A stretch of 63,531 bases of DNA, the filler included. It is 6 parts of 6 records of this genome, joined end to end, with 100 filler letters (N's around TTAATTAATTAA, not from the genome) between each part and the next. Parts side by side here need not be neighbours in the genome. Positions count along the whole stretch, not along the records: positions 15,796 to 22,690 come from SRR31156797_14572; positions 22,791 to 27,926 come from SRR31156797_14576; positions 28,027 to 39,000 come from SRR31156797_14580; 3 more parts are not named here. One strand, given 5' to 3'. The notes under the pieces are model-generated. The model was not told where the DNA came from. It worked only from the letters and a program-made list of their open reading frames with translations, and did not search any database. This document shows, one piece after another, positions 20,616-30,983 of this stretch. The translations under genes were made by a program, and so were the position numbers. Each line of letters begins with the position of its first letter. The stretch's first letter is position 1.

Positions 20616-22682
20616 ATGGCTTTCGGCAGTTTCGGCCCTCTTTTTTCCCCCCGGCGGACCGTCATTTTCGGTTCGGTCCGGGAGAATAAGATAGCTCATC
20701 AGATTTTTACCCAGATGACCCGGGGCGGTTACGAGGGTGAGCTTTTTTCTGTGAATCCATCGGCTATGAACCCCGAAGGAATCGACGGTATACCCGCTTT
20801 TGCTTCGGTGGCCGATATCCCGGGTGAGGTTGATCTGGCGGTTCTGGCGGTTCCCGCCCGGTTTGCTGCCGATACCCTCACCGCCTGCGGCGAGAAGGGG
20901 ATTCCCTTCGCCGTCCTTCTTACTTCCGGTTTTTCTGAGATAGGTGAGAAGGATAGGGAAGAAGAGATAAAGCAGATCGCCTCCCTGTACGGGATCCGGC
21001 TGGTTGGGCCCAACTGCGCCGGGGTGATGTCCACCCCTTCCAAACTTTTTGCCTCGATTGAAGAGCGGGCCCTGCCGGGGAAGACCGCCTTGATCTCCCA
21101 GAGCGGTGCCGTGGGCGCCGCCTGTCTGGCCATGGCCGGTGAAAGACGCATAGGTTTCTCCCACTTTGTCAGTTTCGGAAACCGGGCGGATATCGATGAG
21201 TCGGAACTCCTTGATTTTTTCCTGGAGGATGAGGCGACCGGCCTCGTCGCCATGTACCTGGAGAGCGTCAAGGACGGACGCCGCTTCCTCGAGTCCGCCG
21301 CCCGATTCGCGGCCAGGAAACCGCTGATTCTTATCAAGGCCGGCCGGAGCCAGGCGGGGATGCGGGCTGCTTCCTCCCACACCGGCTCCATGGCCGGAAG
21401 CGATGCTGTCTTTGATGCTGCCTGCCGTCAGACGGGAGTCTTGCGTGTTTCCGGTATTGAGGAGATGCTTGATCTCTGCGTCGGTTTTGAACACTACCCC
21501 GTTCCCCGGGGAAAGAAACTTCTTATTGTGACAAACTCCGGCGGTCCGGGCATCCTCACAAGCGATGCCGCCGAGGCCGCGGGTCTTGATCTGGCCCTTC
21601 CACCGGAGGAACTCCGGCGGGAGCTGAAGGAGTCTCTCCTTCCCAACGCCTCCCTGGGCAACCCAATCGATCTGACCGTCGAAGGGACGGAGGAGGATTA
21701 CTCCAAATCCATCTCTCTCTGCCTGAAGGATGCCTTTGATTCGGCCATTGCCATCAATGTGGGTACTCCCTTCTTAAGCTCCCTCGGCCTGGCCGAAGGA
21801 ATTGCCGAAGGAGCCGAGGAGGTCCCCGGCAAACCTGTCGTTCCTGTTTTTATGTCCGGTCGGATTGTGGCCGACGGGGCCGATTACCTGACCGATTCCG
21901 GATTGCCGCCTCTCCCCACCGGAGAACGGGCGGCGAATGTGCTCTCCGCCATGGCTGACTGGAACCGGACCAAGGGGGCAAAGCCCAAATCCTGGGCCCT
22001 TGCTTCTCCCTCAGAGAAGACTGCCGTTGGTTCGGATCCGGGAATCAAACCCGATAAAATGCTTGAACCCGAACAGGTCCGCTTTCTGGAAGAGAATGGA
22101 ATCGAGATACGAAAGTCTGCATTCATAACCTCGGAGGAAGAGATCCACTCCCGCCGGGATCTGCCCTCGTATCCGGTGGTTATGAAGGTTGTTTCCCCGA
22201 AGATCCTCCACAAGAGTGAATACGGCGGGGTCAAGCTTAATCTGAACTCCGCCGAAGAGACGGCAGCCGCCTTCCGGGATATGCGGGACCGGCTGGCCGA
22301 ATTTGACTTCAAGGGAGTCATGCTTTACGAGCAGGTGCCCATGGGAGAGGAAATTATCCTCGGCGCCCGGAAGGATCCGGATTTCGGTCCTGTTATCCTC
22401 CTCGGAGCCGGCGGCATTATGTCCGAGGTTCTGAAAGACATCACCCTTCGTATCGCCCCCCTGGAGAGAGAAGAGTGCCGGGCCATGCTTAAAGACCTCA
22501 AGTTCAACAGGATTATCGAAGGGTTCCGGGGCGCACCGCCTCTGGCCCGGGAGTCTCTTGTGGACCTGGCTGTAAAACTCTCGGAACTCGTCATCAAACA
22601 CGAATGGATAGAAGAGATAGAGTTCAATCCTGTTTTTCTCTACGAGGATCGGGCCGTTATCGGGGATGTGAGGATTCTGTAA
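20616..22682 (+). CDS. ADP-forming acyl/aryl-CoA ligase (fused alpha-beta)
   Basis: CoA-binding domain, GPNCAG, SQSGA, phospho-His ASSHTGSMAG, TNSGGPG, NPIDL, ATP-grasp HKSEYGGV, DPDFGP, EFNP. Confidence 0.92.
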   Translation: MAFGSFGPLFSPRRTVIFGSVRENKIAHQIFTQMTRGGYEGELFSVNPSAMNPEGIDGIPAFASVADIPGEVDLAVLAVPARFAADTLTACGEKGIPFAVLLTSGFSEIGEKDREEEIKQIASLYGIRLVGPNCAGVMSTPSKLFASIEERALPGKTALISQSGAVGAACLAMAGERRIGFSHFVSFGNRADIDESELLDFFLEDEATGLVAMYLESVKDGRRFLESAARFAARKPLILIKAGRSQAGMRAASSHTGSMAGSDAVFDAACRQTGVLRVSGIEEMLDLCVGFEHYPVPRGKKLLIVTNSGGPGILTSDAAEAAGLDLALPPEELRRELKESLLPNASLGNPIDLTVEGTEEDYSKSISLCLKDAFDSAIAINVGTPFLSSLGLAEGIAEGAEEVPGKPVVPVFMSGRIVADGADYLTDSGLPPLPTGERAANVLSAMADWNRTKGAKPKSWALASPSEKTAVGSDPGIKPDKMLEPEQVRFLEENGIEIRKSAFITSEEEIHSRRDLPSYPVVMKVVSPKILHKSEYGGVKLNLNSAEETAAAFRDMRDRLAEFDFKGVMLYEQVPMGEEIILGARKDPDFGPVILLGAGGIMSEVLKDITLRIAPLEREECRAMLKDLKFNRIIEGFRGAPPLARESLVDLAVKLSELVIKHEWIEEIEFNPVFLYEDRAVIGDVRIL

Positions 22683-22690
22683 TCTGTTCA

Positions 22691-22790
22691 NNNNNNNNNN
22701 NNNNNNNNNNNNNNNNNNNNNNNNNNNNNNNNNNTTAATTAATTAANNNNNNNNNNNNNNNNNNNNNNNNNNNNNNNNNNNNNNNNNNNN
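22691..22790. other. Artificial contig spacer
   Basis: N44-TTAATTAATTAA-N44. Confidence 0.99.
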
Positions 22791-22860
22791 AGTGCAAATA
22801 AAATTGTGTAAATAAAATACTTTTTCATTTTAAATAAATTTACTCAGGTTATTAAATAGT

Positions 22861-23415
22861 TTAACATCCGCCAGCGATTTCAGCTCCGGAAGAAGCTTCT
22901 TCGTAATCGGCGTCTTCAACAATAATTTTCTCGATTAATCCCGGATATGATTCATTCCATGCATTCCAGCCACCTTGTAGCGATTTTACATTTTCATACC
23001 CCAGTTCCAATAATGATTTTGCGGCTAATGCCGAACGGCCGCCGCTTCTGCAATTCAAAACAATTATATCTGTTTTTTCAGGTATATATAATCCGAATTC
23101 ATCCCAAACATCTTCACTCCCAATTCTAAACTCCAATACACCCCTTGGAATGGAAACTGCTCCGGGAATATAACCGGCATCATATTCTGCGATGGTTCTT
23201 ACATCAACCATTACAAAATATTCGTCACCATCGTACATGGTTTTAAAATCTTCAACTGAAATTTCGGTGATTATTTCTTTTGCAGCTGCAACTAGTTCAT
23301 CACTGTTTTCGAAAGTTGATACTGCTGGTGTAGCTTTCTGTTCTGTTTGACAAGAAGACAGAAAAACGAAAGTACAAAGCGTTGCTAAGATCAATTGGAA
23401 TATTGCCTTTCTCAT
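22861..23415 (-). CDS. Rhodanese-domain lipoprotein with C-terminal GGC
   Basis: Lipobox LSSC; DVR...EY..GYIPGA, active site CRSGGRS, SLQGGW; acidic tail ending GGC. Confidence 0.9.
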   Translation of the reverse strand: MRKAIFQLILATLCTFVFLSSCQTEQKATPAVSTFENSDELVAAAKEIITEISVEDFKTMYDGDEYFVMVDVRTIAEYDAGYIPGAVSIPRGVLEFRIGSEDVWDEFGLYIPEKTDIIVLNCRSGGRSALAAKSLLELGYENVKSLQGGWNAWNESYPGLIEKIIVEDADYEEASSGAEIAGGC

Positions 23416-23543
23416 GTCCTTTAAAATTTTCAGAATTTTGAATTAAATTTCAACAGTTCAAATTTAATTTCTGTTTCATTGCAGAAAGAAAAACACCATC
23501 CTTAGCATCTCAATGAATTTTCACCTTCCGCTCATAAAGTATT

Positions 23544-23557
23544 TTGATCCAAATCAA
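23544..23557. promoter_or_regulatory. FNR-type operator TTGAT-N4-ATCAA
   Basis: TTGATCCAAATCAA is an exact FNR consensus, between the divergent rhodanese and Crp/Fnr genes. Confidence 0.75.
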
Positions 23558-23634
23558 GAATATGATTGATCTGTGAAATATTTGATTACAAATTTGTTAT
23601 ATTCGTCCATATTCAAAAAGGAGGGAGATTTAAC

Positions 23635-24327
23635 ATGTTACCAGGGAAGCTTATAAAAAAATGCGTTGATTGTAGTTGCAAGTCTCTACCGTTTATGGAA
23701 TTAAGTACCGATGAGTTAATTCAGATAAATAAAAACCGGGTAGAGGTTAATTTCAAAAAGGGTGAAACAATAATAAAGCAGGGAGCGCTTGCCGGACATA
23801 TTGTTTATATAAAGTCGGGGCTTGTTAAAGTTTATCGCGAACATGGCCAGGATGAACTAATCCTTTCGCTGGAAAGCAAAGGAAAAATGATTGGCGTACA
23901 GGCAATTTATTCAAAAGGAATATATCCTTATTCTGTATCTGCTTTTAATAATGTTAGTGTTTGCCTTCTCGATATAAATGCGGTAAAAATACTTCTTGGG
24001 AAGAATGCCAGATTTGCTTCCCAGCTTTTAAATATTGTTAGCGAAGAAACCCTTTTTTCGTATAATCGGATGGCCTGTTTAACGTTAAAACAACTGCACG
24101 GCCGATTTGCCGATTTATTACTTTGCTTGAGTTTGCGAATCTATAAACGCAAAGAATTTAAAGTCCCGCTTACGAAAAAAGAGATGGCAGCAATTACCAA
24201 CATGTCGCAGGAAAGTTTGTCGAGGGTAATTAAGGATTTTACCAGTGAAAAAATTGTAGCTATGAAAAACAACCACATTTCAATTCTAAACTTCGAAAAA
24301 GTAAGGCATTTAAGTATAGTTGGTTAA
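23635..24327 (+). CDS. Crp/Fnr family transcriptional regulator (N-terminal CxxCxC)
   Basis: cNMP-binding fold FKKGETII.QG..YIKSG.VKVY; HTH MSQESLSR. ATG 23635 after AAGGAGG. Confidence 0.92.
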   Translation: MLPGKLIKKCVDCSCKSLPFMELSTDELIQINKNRVEVNFKKGETIIKQGALAGHIVYIKSGLVKVYREHGQDELILSLESKGKMIGVQAIYSKGIYPYSVSAFNNVSVCLLDINAVKILLGKNARFASQLLNIVSEETLFSYNRMACLTLKQLHGRFADLLLCLSLRIYKRKEFKVPLTKKEMAAITNMSQESLSRVIKDFTSEKIVAMKNNHISILNFEKVRHLSIVG

Positions 24328-24330
24328 TTT

Positions 24331-25023
24331 TTATCCCTTTCGTTTAATTTCCTCAAGTCTTTCTTCATCTAAAATTGTAATTAGCTTTTTGTTCATTTGA
24401 ATAATCCCGGCTTCCTGAAATTCTTTTAATTCACGGGAAACACTTTCGCGCGAAGTTCCAATTAATGATGCCAGTTCGGTTTTGGTTAAATTCAGATCGA
24501 ATGAGTACGAATTATAAACCTGATTTTGAAAATAGGAAAGCGTATTGGCAAGCCTCCCGGGTAATTGTTGCTGAACATTATTTACTAAACGATCGAAATA
24601 ATTCATTTCATCGTTAAAAATATACGAGATTACTTCGGTTGCAAAGATTCCATTTCGTTTTAACAATTTTTCAAAACTTTCAATATCGATAAAACAAAGT
24701 TTTACATCGGTTATTGCAACAGCAGAAAAATAGTACTCCTGATTTTTCTGACTTAAACATTGAATACCCAGATAAGCTCCTTCTTTTGAAATACTAAGTA
24801 TAAAATCTTTACTTCCTAATCCTTTTTTAAACAGCTTAACAAAGCCGCTCCTAAGATAAAATATATATCGTGCTGGTGTTTTTTCCTTAAATAAAAGCTC
24901 ACCCTTTTTAAAATCAGACTGCAAACATCCTTTTTCCAAAATATTCAGTTCGTCTTTATTCAGAATAGATACCGCATTCGATTTAAAATTGCATTCTCTA
25001 CATTTATTTTTTTCCGTTCCCAT
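24331..25023 (-). CDS. Crp/Fnr family transcriptional regulator (N-terminal CxxC)
   Basis: FKKGELLFKE..YLRSGFVKL; HTH LTKTELASLIGTSRESVSR. Confidence 0.93.
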   Translation of the reverse strand: MGTEKNKCRECNFKSNAVSILNKDELNILEKGCLQSDFKKGELLFKEKTPARYIFYLRSGFVKLFKKGLGSKDFILSISKEGAYLGIQCLSQKNQEYYFSAVAITDVKLCFIDIESFEKLLKRNGIFATEVISYIFNDEMNYFDRLVNNVQQQLPGRLANTLSYFQNQVYNSYSFDLNLTKTELASLIGTSRESVSRELKEFQEAGIIQMNKKLITILDEERLEEIKRKG

Positions 25024-25040
25024 CTGTTTAATTCGGTTGT

Positions 25041-25081
25041 AAATGTAACAAATATCACATTCTCATGAAATTAATATCACA
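25041..25081. promoter_or_regulatory. Tandem CRP-type operators
   Basis: AAATGTAACAAATATCACATT (TGTAA-N6-TCACA) and TGAAA-N6-TCACA 22 bp later, between the second regulator and a divergent small ORF. Confidence 0.65.
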
Positions 25082-25137
25082 CACTATTTTGGACAAATGA
25101 CCATTAATAGCAATAACTTTACACAAAACAATTTACA

Positions 25138-25347
25138 ATGAATAAGGTATTACTATTAATCTGTTACAATTTAGGTTTGTGGGGAATTCTTGGATTCTTT
25201 GCCACAATACTCCTTGGATTTTTATCATGTTGCGCTAATTTATCTCAAAATGTATTTTTTGTTTCTTTAATAGCATTTGCAATTATTGGAATTTCAATTT
25301 CTACATTTTGTATATTCCGGGGCTGTAAAAAATTAAACAAATATTAA
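25138..25347 (+). CDS. Small Cys-rich two-TM membrane protein
   Basis: 69 aa, two hydrophobic stretches, CC in the loop, followed by a terminator. Confidence 0.65.
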   Translation: MNKVLLLICYNLGLWGILGFFATILLGFLSCCANLSQNVFFVSLIAFAIIGISISTFCIFRGCKKLNKY

Positions 25348-25394
25348 CTTCCCAATAGTTTCTTTAATTTACGTAATTAAGATTTTAAGGTTAA

Positions 25395-25429
25395 AAAACC
25401 GCACAGTTTTCTTTCTACTGTGCGGTTTT
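25395..25429. terminator. Bidirectional intrinsic terminator
   Basis: AAAACCGCACAGT / ACTGTGCGGTTTT inverted repeat between convergent genes. Confidence 0.85.
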
Positions 25430-25456
25430 CTATTTAATTGGAACGAATAGCGAAAC

Positions 25457-26185
25457 CTAATTTAACTCCCGAATTCGAAGTTCCGTTTCTATGTGGTCTT
25501 TCATTAATTCAGATAAAATATTGGTATCAGTTTCCCCAAAATGGTACGGATATAAAATTTTTGGTTGAAATAATTTAACTGCCTCAACAACCATTTCCGG
25601 TGTCATTGTATACGGCAGGTTCATGGGCAAAAAAGCAATGTCAATATCTTTAAGACCCGCCATTTCCGGAATATTTTCCGTATCACCTCCTATATATACT
25701 TTTGTGTCGGCAAAGTGCAAAACATAACCATTTCCAACTCCTTTCGGGTGATATGGATTTCCTTCGCTGCGCATATTTTTGATATTATATGCTGGTACTG
25801 CATCAACTTTAATTCCTGCAAAAACACCCGACTCTCCATTTTCCATAACTTTCCCCTTTTTATAGGTCTCAGCACATTTTTTTGTTAAAACCACTTCTGT
25901 TGTTTCTTTGGTAACCACTCCCAGCGTACTTAAATCCAGGTGGTCGCCATGTTCATGTGTTATTAAAACCAAATCGGCTTTTGGTAAGTCGGGATAATAA
26001 GCAAACATACTAACTGGGTCGATATGAATCACTTTTCCATCGAATTCCATCATTAAAGTTCCATGCCCCAGAAAGGTAATTGTTAAGTCGCCCCCCGATG
26101 TTTTAATTACATCCTTTTCAGCGGCTCCCGTTTGAAAATTCATTAAAAGGAGAAAACAAATTATTGTCAAAAATATAGATTTCAT
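25457..26185 (-). CDS. Secreted metallo-beta-lactamase-fold hydrolase (UlaG-like)
   Basis: FLGHGT, IDP, ITHEHGDHLD, VYIGGDT, YPYH; signal peptide. Confidence 0.9.
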   Translation of the reverse strand: MKSIFLTIICFLLLMNFQTGAAEKDVIKTSGGDLTITFLGHGTLMMEFDGKVIHIDPVSMFAYYPDLPKADLVLITHEHGDHLDLSTLGVVTKETTEVVLTKKCAETYKKGKVMENGESGVFAGIKVDAVPAYNIKNMRSEGNPYHPKGVGNGYVLHFADTKVYIGGDTENIPEMAGLKDIDIAFLPMNLPYTMTPEMVVEAVKLFQPKILYPYHFGETDTNILSELMKDHIETELRIRELN

Positions 26186-26306
26186 TGTATTAGATTTTAT
26201 GATTATTAAATCGAGTTTAACAAGGATAATTTCAAAAACTAAAGTTATAAAAAAAGCAAATAAAAATTTTTACCTTTCGTGCATTAAACTACATAAACCA
26301 TTAATT

Positions 26307-27926
26307 ATGATGAAAAAATATTCATTTCTATTCTTTTTTGTCTCTCTAATTTTCAATCTATCAGCAAAAGATTATTCTGTAACTTCCCCATCGGGAAAAA
26401 TCTCAATAAAAATTGCAGTTGAAGAAACAGTTTCATATTCTGTTTTTTTAAATGAAAAAGAAATTATATCACCCTCAAAAATTTCGTTAACACTCGATAA
26501 CGGGTTAGTTTTAGGTGAAAATGCAAAAGTAAGAAGGGCAAAAACCACCACAGTAAACAATGAAATTATTCCAGTAGTAAACCGAAAGTATTCAAAAATT
26601 ACAGATTCATATAATTTATTAACACTTTCATTCAAAAACTACTCGCTCGAGTTTCGTGCATACAATGATGGAACTGCTTACCGCTGGGGTGTTACAAGCG
26701 ACGATGCATATAAAATAATGAGCGAACAGGCTACATTCGCATTTCCATCTGATAAAAATACCTGGTTCCCAGAAGAAGAAAGTATGTACACACACCAGGA
26801 AAGAGAATACCTCAAAGTAAAACTTTCTGAAATTACACCTGACCGTTTTTGTTCAACAGGAATGTTGGTTGATGGCGGTGATAACATTAAAATCTACATT
26901 TCAGAATCGGATCTGATTGATTATCCCGGAATGTATTTAAAAGGGTGCGCCGAAAATGAAAATGCACTGATTGGAAAATTTGCCAATGTGGTTTTAGAAA
27001 CAAATCAATCGGACGACCGAAATGTTGAACCCACCAAATATGCCGACTACATGGCAGAATGCACGGGAGCGCGCACATTTCCATGGAGAGCTATTATTAT
27101 TACCGAAAACGATGCCGATTTAATTCATTCTGAAATGATTTACAAACTGGCACCAGAATGTGTTCTGGAAGAAACCGACTGGATTAAACCCGGAAAAGTT
27201 GCCTGGGATTGGTGGAATGCAAATAATATATACGGTGTTGATTTTGAATCGGGTGTTAATAATAATACCTATAAATATTATATAGACTTTGCCTCAAAAT
27301 ATGGACTTGAATACATAATTCTTGATGAAGGTTGGTATCATTTAGATAATATTATGAATGTTGTGGATGAAATCGATGTTCAGGAATTAGTGAATTATGG
27401 TAAAGAAAAAAATGTTGACATTATACTTTGGGTTGTTTGGAAAGCACTTGATGACAAACTTAACGAAGCATTAGATCAATTTGAAAAATGGGGAGTTAAA
27501 GGAATTAAAATTGATTTTATGCAGCGCGACGACCAGTGGATGGTTAATTTCTACGAAAAAATTGCACGCGAATGCGCCAATCGTAAATTACTTGTTGATT
27601 ATCATGGAGCTTACAAACCTTCCGGACTTGAAAGAAAATATCCGAATATAGTTTCTTACGAAGGGGTAAAAGGGTTGGAAAATAATAAATGGTCGGAGTT
27701 GCCCGACCCGGAACACACTACTACATTGCCATTTATAAGAATGGTAGCCGGCCCCATGGACTTTACGCCCGGAGCCATGATTAATGCAACAAAACTAAAT
27801 TTCAGTATTGTTTTTTCTGAACCAATGAGTATGAGTACTCGTTGCCACCAGCTTGGAATGTATGTTGTGTATGAAAGCCCACTGCAAATGCTTGCCGATA
27901 ATCCTTCGAACTATTACCGCGAACCA
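26307..27926 (+). CDS. Glycoside hydrolase family 97 (truncated at contig end)
   Basis: Signal peptide, SPSG, FRAYNDG.AYR, WIKPGKVAWDWW, LDEGW, GIKIDFM, HGAYKP, EGVKG.E, GPMDFTPG. Confidence 0.95.
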
Positions 27927-28026
27927 NNNNNNNNNNNNNNNNNNNNNNNNNNNNNNNNNNNNNNNNNNNNTTAATTAATTAANNNNNNNNNNNNNNNNNN
28001 NNNNNNNNNNNNNNNNNNNNNNNNNN
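27927..28026. other. Artificial contig spacer
   Basis: N44-TTAATTAATTAA-N44. Confidence 0.99.
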
Positions 28027-29266
28027 AACCATGTCCTAATTCTCTTCTACCTGGACCTCTCATGAATCCTGCTTCTCCAACTGAGAACGGTGGGAAGTTA
28101 TAATGTAGGTAGAATTTTTTGAAATCAGTTCCATTTAGGTTATCTACCATTTTTTCATCATCTTTTGTTCCAAGAGTTGCAACTACAACAGCTTGAGTTT
28201 CTCCTCTAGTAAACACAGCAGAACCATGAGTTCTTGGTAGGAAGTCAACTTCCATTTCAAGATCTCTTATTTCTTCTGTTTTTCTTCCGTCTACTCTATG
28301 TTTATTATATAAAATCGCTTCTCTAACTAATTCTTTCATTAGATCATGATAATAATTTTTAAATTCACTTTCAATATCCTTAGGGAAATCTTCTAATTCG
28401 TTTGCTTCAACATATTTAGGAGCAAATTCTTCTAAAAGCTTTTCTTCTAATGAATCTACTGCTTCTTGTCTAGCATCTTTTCCTGTTGTTAATACTGCTG
28501 CTTTAAGTCCTTCTTTTCCATTTGCATCAACGAATTCTTTAATTTCAGCATTTACTTCCGGCTTTTCGAATTCCATATTTTCTTTTGCAACAACTTCAAT
28601 TAATTTCTCTTGGAATTCACAAATTTTCTTAATATTATCATGTCCGAATAAGATTGCTCCAAGCATAATTTCTTCAGATACTTGATCAGCACCTGCTTCA
28701 ACCATTGTTATTGCTTCTTTTGTTCCAGCTACTGATAAGTGAATTTCACTTGTTTCAAGTTGTTCTGGAGTTGGATTTAATATATATTCTCCATCTTGAT
28801 ATCCTACTACTACTCCTGTAACAGGTCCTTTGAACGGAATATCAGAAACAGATAATGCAGCTGAGGCTGCTGTAATACCTAAATAATCAGGTGTATTTTC
28901 TTCATCGTAAGAAAGTATTGTTACTACTATATGTACATCATAGTTAAATCCATCTGGGAATAATGGTCTTATTGGTCTATCGATAAGTCTAGAGATTAAA
29001 GTCGCATCCATAGATGGTCTTCCTTCTCTTTTAATAAATCCACCTGGTATTTTTCCAGCTGAATAAAACTTTTCTTGATAATCAACTGTTAACGGAAAGA
29101 AGTTAGCTCCCTCTCTAGGTTTTTTACTTCTTGTTGCAGTTGCTAAAAGTACAGTTTCTCCGTATTGAAGCATAACTGCTCCTGAAGCTTGTCTAGCAAT
29201 CTTCCCTGTACTTACTGTAAGAGTTCTTCCACCAATTTCAAACTCTAATTTTTTCTCATCAAACAT
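28027..29266 (-). CDS. pnp: Polynucleotide phosphorylase (truncated)
   Basis: [60 protein letters not shown]. Confidence 0.98.
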
Positions 29267-29291
29267 TTAATTCCTCCTAAATTTTTGTTAT

Positions 29292-29422
29292 TACAGAGGC
29301 ATCAAAATCAGGTTCCTTTCACCTGATAGATAAGTTTAAGTAATAAGAAAAAAGGTCACATTTTCAGTCAAATCAAAATATGACCTTTTCCCCTTACTAC
29401 TTACCTTATTTCTACCTCTGTA
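29292..29422 (-). ncRNA. Structured pnp 5' leader (multi-stem, candidate RNase III target)
   Basis: Outer helix UACAGAGG/CCUCUGUA, ~28-bp inner stem with G-U pairs, small AUCAGGU/ACCUGAU hairpin. Confidence 0.65.
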
Positions 29423-29433
29423 TGTCTCCACGT

Positions 29434-29462
29434 ATTATAGCATCATTTCATTTATAAATCAA
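29434..29462 (-). promoter_or_regulatory. Sigma70 promoter of pnp
   Basis: TTGATT-N17-TATAAT with extended TG. Confidence 0.8.
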
Positions 29463-29584
29463 CATTTCTTAGTTGTTCTACACTAATTTTGTAAACTTTA
29501 ATCAAACATTATTTCACAAGTAAAATCTTCCTAATATCATTAAACATTTTTCAACTTAATAATACTCTAATTTTAATTTTTTTG

Positions 29585-29618
29585 AAAAAAAATAGGACTC
29601 AGCAGTACTGCCAAGTCC
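29585..29618 (-). terminator. rpsO terminator
   Basis: GGACTTGGCA / TGCTGAGTCC stem with a long U-tract on the minus strand. Confidence 0.85.
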
Positions 29619-29628
29619 AAATTAAAAA

Positions 29629-29892
29629 CTATTTTCTTAATCCTAATTTAGCGATTAATTCTCTGTAACCTTCAAGGTTTTTAGATTTTAAGTAGTTAAG
29701 AAGTCTTCTTCTTTGTCCTACCATTTTAAGTAATCCTAATCTTGAGTGGTAATCTTTTTTGTGAACTTTCATGTGTCCAGTTAAGTGATTAATTCTTTCA
29801 GTTAATAAAGCTACTTGTACTTCAGTTGATCCTGTATCTGTAGCGCTCTTTCCGAATTCCTTAATAATTTCTACTTTTGTTCTCATTGCCAT
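29629..29892 (-). CDS. rpsO: 30S ribosomal protein S15
   Basis: [17 protein letters not shown]...[22 protein letters not shown]. Confidence 0.99.
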   Translation of the reverse strand: MAMRTKVEIIKEFGKSATDTGSTEVQVALLTERINHLTGHMKVHKKDYHSRLGLLKMVGQRRRLLNYLKSKNLEGYRELIAKLGLRK

Positions 29893-29921
29893 TGTTTGTT
29901 TCCTCCTTAGAATATAAATAT

Positions 29922-29970
29922 AATCTAATCCAAGTTATTAGTCGGCAGATCTAAATAACCTAGGTTAAAT
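29922..29970 (-). ncRNA. Candidate S15 autoregulatory leader hairpin
   Basis: CCUAGGUUAUU..UCUGCCGAC..AAUAACUUGG hairpin between promoter and SD. Confidence 0.55.
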
Positions 29971-29977
29971 CCGAATG

Positions 29978-30006
29978 ATTATAACACTTTTTTCGAAATA
30001 AAGCAA
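29978..30006 (-). promoter_or_regulatory. Sigma70 promoter of rpsO
   Basis: TTGCTT-N17-TATAAT with extended TG. Confidence 0.8.
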
Positions 30007-30033
30007 GAATTACTTTAAATACTTCAATAGGTT

Positions 30034-30387
<354 letters not shown>

Positions 30388-30788
30388 TTAATAATATTAT
30401 TAATTAATTTTGCATATATAGTTTTAAATTGCTTCCAATGAACATTATAATATAATTATCATACTATGCATATGATTTCTTGCAAACATTAATATTTTAT
30501 AAGTTTTCACGAAACTTGTATAACTCCTCTTAATACATTTAACTGAATTATTACCTTGATAAATGTAACCTATTTTATTAATTTCGTATATTTTTCTCTC
30601 AACTCTTTTTTCACTTTTTTCTTATTTTTATTCCGTTTGAAGCATATTCTCCTCTAATACTTTATTCTACTTTCTTCTTGTCATTTTCTTTCTTTTTGAC
30701 AACTACGACTCACACCATAGAAAAAACAAACTCTCGACAATATATCTAATATATATTTTGTATAAATTATATCGATTTAATCAATCTT

Positions 30789-30834
30789 ATAAATAGGTTA
30801 TATACTTACGATGAATACCATATAACCTATTTAT
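30789..30834. repeat. Perfect 15-bp inverted repeat in the PII/amtB intergenic region
   Basis: ATAAATAGGTTATAT-N16-ATATAACCTATTTAT. Confidence 0.85.
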
Positions 30835-30983
30835 TATATATATTTGAATTATCCTGTAATTTTAATATAATTAATGTAATAGAAGTTTACTATATATAAA
30901 ATATACTTTTATTGAGTTTGCTGACAACTGATAGAAAATATATATATAATAAATGTTTTAATTTATAAGGAGGATTTATATTA

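Noticed and set aside
22861-22872. Selenocysteine at the rhodanese C-terminus
   Set aside because: The codons are GGC GGA TGT TAA: a real Cys and an ochre stop, with no in-frame TGA.
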